A DNA stretch of 63,301 bases, counting the filler. It is 9 parts of 9 records of this genome, joined end to end, with 100 filler letters (N's around TTAATTAATTAA, not from the genome) between each part and the next. Parts side by side here need not be neighbours in the genome. Positions count along the whole stretch, not along the records: positions 1 to 16,866 come from SRR15195285_76; positions 16,967 to 22,031 come from SRR15195285_79; 7 more parts are not named here. The stretch is one strand, 5' to 3'. Made by a program: the position numbers and the translations under genes. This document shows positions 12,101 through 22,131 of the stretch, in pieces. Positions within the stretch are counted from its first letter, which is position 1, and every line of letters begins with the position of its first letter. The notes beneath the pieces are model-generated. The model had not been told where the DNA came from, ran no database searches, and saw only the letters and a list, made by a program, of their open reading frames with translations.

Positions 12101-14518
12101 CGCACACCTCTAGTGTCACTGTTCACGACTACAGACGGCTATGAGCTGCTAGACACGCGTGCAATGGTGATCCGAATCAAGCATCTCATCATCGAGCACG
12201 GCATGCTTGTGTACGACGCATTCCAGACTTTTGATTCTTCGAAAGATGGCACCCTCACTTGCTCAGAGCTGTACGGTGGCTTGACTTGGCTCGGCCTGGA
12301 ACTCGACCATAATCAGATCCACTCGATTGTCAGACGAATTGATACTGACAACGATGGCCTGATCTCTCTTGAAGAGTTTAAGGCTGCATTCTACGATCCG
12401 ATTGCTGAGCTTGAGGCTGCAGGTGTGGACGTCAAGCTCACAAAGGAGATGAATATTGTGCCTCGTGAAATGCCAGAACTATATGAGAAAACGAGTCAGA
12501 AGAAGGCTGTGGTTGTGCCCGATGATGTCATTCGAAAGTGCAAAGCGAAAATGCAAGCGGTGGATGGGTTTGACGAGATCTGGACATCCGAAGGCACTGG
12601 CGCGCGCGCCAAGGTCGGCTTTTGGCGCCCGCATACGAAGGTTTCAGTGCGCAAGGGCAACTCCCGACGAATAATGGTGGGTGATTTTGCTGCGCCGACC
12701 TTCGACGATCCAAAACGCGGCAACAAGAAGGCTGGTGGCCAGCGATACATGGTCGAGCTGACAGACACGTCATCGAACGTTTCTGGATCGGCACTCACCA
12801 CGGGTGAGTGGATTGATGCGGTGGTAGACAAGTTTTGTCCGAAGCCTGTGCGCTACAAGCAGGTGTGGTCAAAGCTCGCAGACGGTAAACCTTCTCTGTA
12901 CTGCTGGAAGCCAGTGCCTACCAACCCAAGCAAATATGTTGCGCTCGGTGTCGTTTTCACAACGACCGACGAGGCGCCGGACCCAGAAGATCTCGACTGT
13001 CGTACCGTACCACTGAAGTGGGTACAGCGTGCGAAGCATGCGCCGAAGCTGGTCTGGGAGGATTCGGGCACTGGCGGACGGCCGGGCTCAGTCTGGTCCG
13101 TCAACACCTCCAATCAGATCACGTTGGCGAAGGGGCACGACGCGCCGCAGGAGATGTTCTACGACTTCCGCGGAGACAGATTCTTCCTGCGACCTGAGGA
13201 TGTCCTGACAGAGAAGGATGCAGGTCAGATACCTCTTGTCGCATCTCATGCTCCAGTGCTGTTTCTTGTGCTGCACAGCCACGTCATTGTACCTAAATAT
13301 TGTGCCGTGCATCCGTGACCGCAGGATACAACAAGTCCTTGGACCGCGACTCCGTGGTTATAGAAGGCTGGCTAATGAAGAAAAATCAAAAGGGTGTAGA
13401 GTGGTGGAAGAAGCGATACTTTGTCCTCAAAGGCCACACGCTGGCCTACTACCTTGACGAGACTGAAGCATCGACGTAAGCTCTGCTGAACCTGGTGCTT
13501 TGTTGCTTTTTCAAGCGCTGTATCGAGCCATGCACCCTGGGCTGACGGGCTGTGCTTGTGGTGTTCCAGAGACAAATCGAAGCGAGCGATCAACCTAGCT
13601 GACTTCACCTACCACGATGACACTGCAACAATAGACAAGCTTGGGCGCAAGAACGCCTGGGAGCTGCGTGCCAAAGATGGTGCGGTGTTAGGGGAAAAGG
13701 AGGAAAAGATTGTGCGTCACGCGGCACCAGTGCCAATCCAGCACCTCGAGTGCTATTCAGCTGGTGCTCCATCCAGTAGCTGATCTGTTCTGCGACTGCT
13801 GCTCACAATCAAATCTCTTTTGGCGCTTGTTTGGCAGATGGACTTGCACCCACTGGACAAAAAGAACGAGATGGCTTGGAAAATTGCGTTGAGAGAGACA
13901 ATCGATGAGGGTAAGCCCCCCAACGCTATATTCTATTCTTCTCGTAGTTGGCTTCTTTCATTCCGACAAACCCAGACTGAGCGCATTTTCTGGTCTTCGG
14001 TCTTCTCGCATTGTTGTGTAGCGTCCAAGCACAGGCAGGCCGAGGCCGAAGATGCTGTGGAAGACGCCGCAGGTGGTGGCGCGTCAGCGGACTCGCCAGC
14101 TGCGGACGGCACGGAGCCAGAGCCAGAGCCAGAGTCTGACGCAGTGGAGCAGCTTGCGGTGGCTCTGTTTGACTTCCCCCCGGAGGAGGCAGACGATCTT
14201 GGGTGCGCGTTCATTGTCCAGCAGTCGCCGTGTAATCACAAGCTGGTTCATTTCATACCGTAATTTTGCCGCGATTCTTACGCGCCATAGGTTCAACAAG
14301 GGTGACATCATCATTGTCTTGCGCACGGACGACGACTGGTGGGAAGGCCAGATCCAAAACGGCGATGGGTAAGATGACAACTTTCTTTCATCTCAGTTTC
14401 CGCATTGAATCTCTTCTCGGCAACGATCTGAAGCAGGCTGCGCGTGCTAAATGGACTTGCGCACAGGAGCACTGGCATGTTCCCAGGCAACTTGGTCGAG
14501 CTGATGAAGGCCGTGTAG
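147..14518 (+). CDS. Giant (~4552 aa) multidomain protein: SH3-SH3-Pro-rich-DUF3638/DUF3645 SF2(SecA-like) ATPase-SH3-EF-hand-Vps62-like-PH-SH3; 8 exons
   Basis: Exons 147-978, 1074-13223, 13325-13475, 13570-13711, 13838-13910, 14022-14202, 14291-14368 and 14467-14518 join in frame via GT-AG introns (13659 nt). Motifs: SH3 (EGWWTG..GIFPANH x2; PRWWRG..GQFPSANV; DDWWEG..GMFPGNLV), HQMIMGAGKTT, LLDEVDLIL, VAVPFVGKDVPTRASEFSHPDVVIGLT (DUF3645), EF loops DSSKDGTLTCSE and DTDNDGLISLEE, Vps62-like YCWKPVP..YVALG..VWEDSGTGG, PH EGWLMK..WKKRYFVL. Confidence 0.88.
558..773 (+). repeat. Nine tandem 24-nt coding repeats (VPDAAPPA consensus)
   Basis: Translation VPDAAPPA x4, IPTAAPPP, VPDAAPPA x2, VPAAAPPA, VPEGVPPS, with synonymous variation between units. 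Confidence 0.9.
10984..11075 (+). repeat. (Gln-Glu)n low-complexity coding repeat
   Basis: caggag/caagaa tandem encoding EQVQEQEQEQEQEQEQEQEKEEEQEKEQE. Confidence 0.85.
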
Positions 14519-14934
14519 TGCGGAGGCACCTTGGCAGCAAGAGAGCCGATTATCCTGAAGATAGACCTATCCTTCAAGCAGATGGTGCACCCGCGATCAA
14601 TCTGTTGCCGACGTGCTGTATATCGGACACCACCAAACGATAGGCAATTTCGTCGAGGAGGATGCCGCAAAATGTTTGGATCTGCAGCACTGCCATGTCC
14701 GAAGACGGCAAGAAACTCTTCGGCTGAGGTGCTTTTGCTCTTCAGAGGACCATCATACTGGTAGAGATACTGAATGACGATCGAGTATAGCGGCGCTGAA
14801 TTTCGCGACTGTAGTGACGTATTCGAATACGTTGTAATTTAGGTCACAAAGTACATTTGCACGCGATGAATCACTAATTTGAAGATCCAGCAATCTGTAG
14901 CAAGCGCGCTCAGTACAGCCGACATCTCTTTGTC

Positions 14935-16769
14935 CTAGTCCACGCTAATCTGAAGCAGCAAATAGGGCGGGTACGGCAACGTGGGGTCTGTCACAGCCAG
15001 CGTGCTGCCCTCTCCGAAGAACTCCGACGCCGGCTTCTCTAGGTTAGGTCGCGTCGACTTCTCGACCGAAGCGGGCTGACGCATGTAGACAGTCTTCTCG
15101 TTGGCGCGCACAGATGGTTGTTTAAGCTGCAGCCTGTGACGAGCAACGGGCAGCAAATAATGTGTGAGCACTCTCGCAGACAACGACCAGCTCGCGCAGC
15201 GGGGCTCACCGAGGATCGGCAGTAATCTTCTCCAGGACTTGTCCAACAGTATCGTCCGCACCAATTGTGCTGTCCACGCACACGTGTCACACGTCAGCTT
15301 GCTGTCTTGATGTTTCAGACAGAGAGTCGTCCGACGCAGAAGGGGCTGCTTTGGGAGCTCACAAATGTTGCGGCTTCTGCGAACAGACCAAACAGTCCTC
15401 CTTGCGTTCGTACTCGAACGCGTAGACGTAAAGGCCATCAGTCCCATTGCTGCGCAGCCATAAAACGTGCCAGTCAGAAAGCACGATCGCTCGTTAAGCG
15501 CGGGTCGGTCTGTGACACTCACAACTGCATGTAGTTTTTTTCGTCACCCATCGCTGTGGCACAGTAGGTCGCAATCTTCAAGGCTTCTGATGCACATGCC
15601 GCGGCAATGACCGCGTTGGTCGACCTGCGAGCCAGAAATGTGTTGAAGGTCAGACGCTGAATGCCCCGCGCAGCAGATACACGGGAACGCAAATAAGAGG
15701 GCGGCTTACGCGACAGCCGGGATGATCCGCTTGACGACGCCCATTGTAAGCTGGTAGGTCACGCCCTCGATGCCGTACTCCGCGGCGCGTCCTGCCGCCT
15801 TCTCAAAGCACCACTTGATGTGGTCTGGGTTGTCGCCGTCCATCTTTTCGTCGGGAAACGCCTCCGGCCACTGTAAGACTGAGGCCCACTCGATGCAGTG
15901 TTCTGGCAGGCGCGGTGTCTCGGCGATGGTGCAGAGAGGAAAGTTGACCTGAGGCGGGAATGCGTCCAGCGCACACTCGAAGCAGGTCGTGACCATCGGG
16001 AAGATCACACGCGCCTGGCCCTTGAAGCCTTCCGTGCCGCCGTCGATGAGCGGGATGATGGTGTCACTGAGAGCGCGCACAGTCAATTGCCGTCAGTGGC
16101 TCGGCAACCATGGGCGTGCGGGCAAGGACGCGTGATGGCAGAGAAGTAGGTGGCGCACGGGTCTGGATTGCCGTCGCTATCGAACTCGACCAGACCGCAC
16201 AGTGTCGAGTTAATCCAGCGGCGTGGCGCGATGGCGTCGAGTCCTGAGATGACGATGTTGAAGCCCTGGTAGAAGTCGACCGGCAGTGTCTCGATCGCAC
16301 AGACGTGCGGCGTGACCGTACAGCCTGGCACGCGCTCGTTGATGAAACGCGCCGCAGTCTCCGCCTTGGAGCTCCCGACGTCCTTCTTGCGGAAGAGGAA
16401 CTGGCGGTTCAGGTTTGAAAGGTCGATGTGATCCATATCGATGGTGTGGATGTCAGTGAACCCGCTCAGCGCGAGGTCCTTCAGCAGTTCGCAGCCCAGC
16501 CCGCCCGAGCCGATCACAAGAACCTTGCACGCGTGCAGCCGCTCCGCCACGTCCGCACCCGCCTCCATCCCCGCCGCCTCGTACAGCGCCATGGGCCCGT
16601 CGTGCTTGCACAAGCGGTAGATGTCCTTCCAGCGCTCCTCCGGCAGCAGCAGCGGCAAGCCAGAGCCAGCCGCCACCTCCATCGCCTCCACCTCCATCAT
16701 CGCCTCCTCCGCGCCCCCAACCGGCGGCGCGTCCACCGCAGCGGCGTCCTCCATGTCCACCGTCGACAT
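14935..16769 (-). CDS. UBA3: NEDD8-activating enzyme E1 catalytic subunit (471 aa, 6 exons)
   Basis: [53 protein letters not shown], active-site [36 protein letters not shown]. Exons 16769-16159, 16066-15710, 15624-15523, 15449-15363, 15269-15210 and 15133-14935 join in frame (1416 nt). Confidence 0.96.
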
Positions 16770-16866
16770 GATGACCCTGCGCACACCAGCTGCTGACACC
16801 TCCACTCCCCCTCAGTCAACTGTATGGTGGTGATGTGGAAAGTCCGCTTTTTCGCCCCAGTCAATA

Positions 16867-16966
16867 NNNNNNNNNNNNNNNNNNNNNNNNNNNNNNNNNN
16901 NNNNNNNNNNTTAATTAATTAANNNNNNNNNNNNNNNNNNNNNNNNNNNNNNNNNNNNNNNNNNNN
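16867..16966. other. Artificial contig-joining linker
   Basis: 44 N + TTAATTAATTAA (stops in all frames) + 44 N. Confidence 0.98.
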
Positions 16967-17116
16967 TCGGTAATTTCCGAAATTTGCATGGGGGGCCCTA
17001 GATGCATAGGCCGTTTAATCAAGGTGTGATCTCAAGACTGCGTTCTGCCATACAGGCGGGGCCGGCGACGACGCAGCGGGAGCCATCGCGCCGGAAAGAC
17101 GCCGGTGGTGCCACCG

Positions 17117-20100
17117 ATGGCCCCCCTGCTGCTCGTACTTGTCGCGGCCGCGTGGCCCTGCGCGAACGCCGCGCGGAGTCCGTTCGCGGCGTTCGCGAGG
17201 AGCGACGAAACTCCGGGAGCAGCGCCGGCGCCAGCTGCGAGCACGCGCAAGCTGCAGGAGATGGGTGGCACGGGAGAGAATTTCCCAGGCGTCCCAGTAC
17301 TAGAGCACCACCCGATGCGCGGCGTGTTCAAAATTGTGTACGCGTCAGACAGTGGCGACTCGGCGTACGACGAGTACGAGTTCTTCGAGACGTGCGATTC
17401 GGAACTCGCGCTCGACTCCAATGGCCAAGCTGGCGGGTATCTGTGTGGCGCGCTCACCGTGATGGCGCCGCCATTATTCTGCCGCGGCGACCTGTACTAC
17501 TATGGCAGCACGCCGCAGCCTACGCACCACCTCATGACGGAGACGACAACCGACCCCGAGTGCAACGCCCCTGAGTGGGGCAATTCTGGCACGGCGGCGC
17601 GCAACGTCTCGCACCATTACCGAATACGGTTCCGCGGCTACAAGCTGGACGATGACGGCGAGGTCATCGCATGCCCGGTACCGGCGAATTATTATGCGGT
17701 CGACCTCAGCTACCTCGGGGACGGCGTAGCCCGTACCTTCGTGCACGTGCACGCGCTGGACTGTGACCCGTGCAACCAGCCGAACTGTGATGCACTGCCC
17801 CTGCACGAGCCTGAAAAAGAGCAGGTCGTGGCTCTCGCGGCGGACTGGTACGAAGACCAGCACGCACAGGCTCCAATTCTCGACTCGATCGAAGTTTTTG
17901 ACAACTGCAAGCTGCCGCACGCGGAGCACGGCCAGCACATGTACTCGGTTCGCTTCGTCGGGAGCAGCTTGGAAGTCACCCTCCGCGCCTTCGTACTCGA
18001 GGTCGTTCAGAACGGCTTCGGCCAAGTTGAGTGGGCGATCGCTGCCGTCAATCCGCCGGGCTCAGGCATCGAGCTCGAGCCAAAGCACACGAAAGAGTTT
18101 CCGGATGGCACCGTCGACTCGATCTGCAACCTCAACGTTACAACTCCTCCATCTGAGGTCGCCGCGCTGTTGGCCTTCGATCGTGAATTCGGAATGGCGG
18201 AGAAATTCGGGCGGTGGTCCTCGAGCGACGCCGGTGCCGCTGACCCTTGCGCAGGGGAGTGGCCAAAGGTCCAATGCACGACGGCCGAGGAAGGAAACAC
18301 CACAGTCCGCGTAACGGCTCTTAAACTTTCGCTCGGGGGTGTGGAAGGCAAGATGCACTGGGGGACGTTGTGGCCGCTCACGGACTTGAGGAGACTCGGC
18401 TTCACGTCTAATCGGATCACAGGCGTGCTGCCTTCGGCCGAAGATTTTGCTAGCTGGCCAAAGCTCGAATATTTACACGTAGACAAGACCTTGCTCTCCG
18501 GAACACTGCCCGAGTCCGGCTACCCGCACACATTGGTTAGCATGTGGTTCGGCCAGAGCTCCGTGTCGGTGAGTTGTGCCACAACAGTCGATGTTGCCTT
18601 GCCGCGTCGCAGCTCACCGTGTGCAATGCTTCTAAACGCAGGGCACGATACCGCGCAGCATATGCACGCTCCCTGCGCTTCGATACTTCTACCCACCGCA
18701 GGCGCTTATCTCTGGGTGAGTGCTCCACTAACCGCTGATATCAAGCCTCAAGCTGACCACGCAGTACGTGTGCTTTGCGTAGCACCATACCAGACTGCTA
18801 CGGGGGCCTCGGGATGCCGGCGTTGGTATCAGTCAACATGTGGCGGCTGCCGAGGCTGTCGGGCACGCTGCCTTCTGTGTTCGGCAATGGCACAGACAGT
18901 GCAATTCATTACGTCAGCCTGCACGACAACTCACTGTCGGGCACGGTTCCGGCGAACATTGGCGAGATGAGCGAGCTCTACCAGCTCAACATGTTCGACA
19001 ACCGGCTCTCAGGTGCGTGGTTGATTCGTCCATCGCATCATCACCACGCACGGACGAACGTTCACACGGACGAACGATCGTGCCGTGTGAACGTCTGCTT
19101 CCTGAGCCACGCTTGTATGCAGGCACCATCCCGGCGAGCCTGGGCGAAATGGAAGAATTGAGGATGGTCGATTTGTCGAAGAATCTGTTCAGGGCTCTCC
19201 CTAACTCGTCCGTATTGGCGAACTGGACCTTTCCGGCGGTTCGGCAGATGAACTTCGCGGTGCGTTTTCCATTTTGGATGAAACATTTTGTCCTCGCACT
19301 GAGATTCCTTCCTTCCTATCGTGTTGATATCGCAGGACAACCCGTTCGACAGCACAGTTGAGCAAGTGCAATCGCTTGCGATGGCTTTGCCCCATGGACA
19401 GATGGAGGACTTTGGAATGTCATTCCTAACTGCTCAGCCTGACCTTACGGTGACCACGGTGGCTCCACAGCTGCCTGCAACCTGGCCAGTGGGCGAAGAG
19501 CTGCGTATTGAGTTTCAGCTGGTTGCGACATTATCATCGGCTACCATCGACTATCGATACGGTGGGCGAAACTTCACCGCTACGGTCAACGGCACAATGC
19601 TTGCTTTGCAAGACAACAACGACGGCTCATGTAAGCACGGCAGCCAGAGAAACTTTCAGTGTGCTCACTCTTACAGTACGTATGCGGTTGCGCAGATACT
19701 TTGATAGTGCCGGGATCAACGAGTCAGTTTGCTGACGACGCTCTGTTCAACCGGCCACGCCGATGTGCGCTTGAATTGTTCATCGATGGCGAGCAATTTT
19801 ACCTAGCTGGATATAAGGACGTCTCTGTACACAAGGACGGCGACGTGGGAAACAGCAACGTGCACGACATGGGTTTTCACGTGAATGCTACTCAGGATGA
19901 GATCCAAGAGATGTACATCGACTACCAGCCGATTGTCTGTCGCGATGTACATTCGCACACTGACCTGGCAACCAATGCCACTTGCATCTGCGATGCTGGA
20001 TTTGAGCTGGCCGGAGATGCCACTTGTCACGTGATCCAATGTGCGGCTGGCGAAGTCATGATAACCGACGAATATGGTGTAGGCTACTGCACTAAATGTG

Positions 20101-22031
20101 GAACCAACGAACAAGTCACAACTCTGCGAGGCATAAAAACATGCACGTGCAAGCCCGGCACCGTGAACTCCACCAAGGGCTCAGTCAGCTGCTTCAATAA
20201 GGACGCCTGCATCGAGAAGGTTGACCACGAGGCAGGCTTGGTCTGTGTGAAGTGCCCTGATTGTCTTGACTGTGGAGATCCTTCAGAACCCATCGTCAAG
20301 CCTGGGTTTGGTCTAACACCCATGGGTCAGCGCGACTTTGCTGATATGTTCGTGATGCGTGATTTGTGCGAAGGCACCTCCATGCGAACTGATGTGCAGC
20401 TTCAGGACCAATCCGAAGTTTTGTGTTCGTACGAACCACGGCAACTTAACGTATTTACCTGTCCCATTGAAGGGTCATGCCTCGGTGACATTCCAGGGCG
20501 CTCCTGGAACGGCGACGATGGTTATCCATCATTGTCGGCCAGTCAGGACTGGCGGCCGTGCAAGGCGGGTCATAAGGCGGACTCCCCTTTCTGCACTCTG
20601 TGTGAGACTGACTGGATGGGGGGCAATGATGAGGCATGTGAGCCGTGTGACGCAGTGTCGTCGGCCGCAGGGCAGATCATTTTGGTGGTTTTAGCTTTGG
20701 TAGGGGGGCTTACGGGCATCTACTGTGGGCATTCGGTGTACATGAAGCTCGAACGGCGGATGCGGGAAAGCAATGTGGCATACACGGAGGAGGAATGCGA
20801 GGTCGTGGGAAGCTTCGGTCGCAACGCGTCGCTCATCGTGTACATGAAGGTGATCTGCTCGCACCTTCAGCTGCTACATCAGTTCCCAGTTGTGCTCGAC
20901 CTAGAGTTTCCAGCGGCATTCAAGCTTTGGCTGGAGCGGCTGAGCTTTTTTACGCTCGATTTGTTCAAACTGTTCAGCGTGCAGTGTACGTTCGAGACAA
21001 ACCTGTACAACAAGTTCCTTGTGACGACCTGTACACCTATCCTGGCCCTGGCAGCTCTCGCAGCCTGGAGTTTCATGGTCAAGAAGGTCACTTCCGGCGA
21101 TGCCGCCAAGTCTGATGTCGATACAGGCGCCAGTGGGCTGTCATCTCAGCTTGCGGCCACAGCTAGCAACGATATCAACGACAGCGACAAGGCACAGAAG
21201 GACAATGTCGATCAGTTCCTCCAGCGCGCCTTCATCTTACTCTTTGCAGTCTACCCGATGCTCAGCACGAAGACTTTCCACTTCTTCGCGTGCCGTCACT
21301 ATGACGAACAGTTCTTGCACATGTTTGACTACAGTGTCAGCTGCGACTCTGATGAATACGCGAGCTACAAGCCCTACGCGGCGATGATGGTCCTCGTCTA
21401 CCCCATCGGCATCCTGGTTGTGTTCGCAGCTCTGCTGTACCTGAACCGGGCACGCATCCGACGCAGCGAGACAATGTACGATCGCTCATCCGACGGCGAT
21501 GAGCGTTGGTTCGAAGGTGGTTCACACAAGTTCCGCTTCCTCGTCGCCGACTATCGCAAAGAGTACTTTTGGTATGAGGTCTTCGAGTACGCACGCAAGC
21601 TAGTGTTCACGTTCATGCTCGGCTTTGCCGACCAGGGCACCGCATCGCAGATCTTCGGCGGACTGATGGCTGCAGTCTTCTTTTTGGTATTCAATGCGCT
21701 TGCACAGCCTTTCGCCGACTTTCGCGTCAACTACCTACGGGTACTCGCAGACATCCAGCTGTCGCTCACGATGGCGGGCTGCTTGATGTTGAAGGTCGAC
21801 TTGGACTGCGACAATTTGTCGCCCGACTTCATTGCGTGGTTCCTCATCATCATCAACATCTTCTTGACGGCTCTTGCGCTCTCGTTGGAGCTGGTCAGAC
21901 GACTTTTGGTGTTTGTCGTGGGGACCACTGGCTTGCATGGTGTACTGTATTATCCCAGACGTGTGCTCGGGCGCGGCAAAGACTCGGTCGTGTTCGAGGG
22001 CGAGTGGCGTCCGCTGTCCGACAGCTTCGGC
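17117..22031 (+). CDS. Signal peptide + LRR + Ig/filamin-like + Cys-rich ectodomain, multipass membrane protein; 3' truncated at a probable kinase P-loop
   Basis: Signal peptide MAPLLLVLVAAAWPCANA; LRRNT cap (W..DPCAGEWPKVQC); plant-type LRRs (NxLSGTxP); DNNDGSYT; CxCxxG repeats; about 9 hydrophobic segments with DYRKEYFWYEVFEYARKL and AQPF; ends VLGRGKDSVVFEGEW. Exons 17117-18568, 18642-18715, 18783-19012, 19123-19259, 19336-19630 and 19696->22031 are in frame. Confidence 0.85.
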
Positions 22032-22131
22032 NNNNNNNNNNNNNNNNNNNNNNNNNNNNNNNNNNNNNNNNNNNNTTAATTAATTAANNNNNNNNNNNNN
22101 NNNNNNNNNNNNNNNNNNNNNNNNNNNNNNN
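22032..22131. other. Artificial contig-joining linker
   Basis: N-run with central TTAATTAATTAA. Confidence 0.98.

Noticed and set aside
1073-13318. 4081-aa ORF as a stand-alone (prokaryotic or viral) gene
   Set aside because: Both ends coincide with canonical splice sites that join in frame to SH3 and PH exons.
13370-13400. Apparent frameshift in the A-run of the PH exon
   Set aside because: Careful reading gives MKKNQKGVEWWKKRY in one frame.
147-16769. Functional cluster of the giant ATPase/putative isopeptidase with UBA3 (and PSMA2)
   Set aside because: Tail-to-tail adjacency in a compact eukaryotic genome is weak evidence and PSMA2 is on another contig; conserved synteny would be needed.
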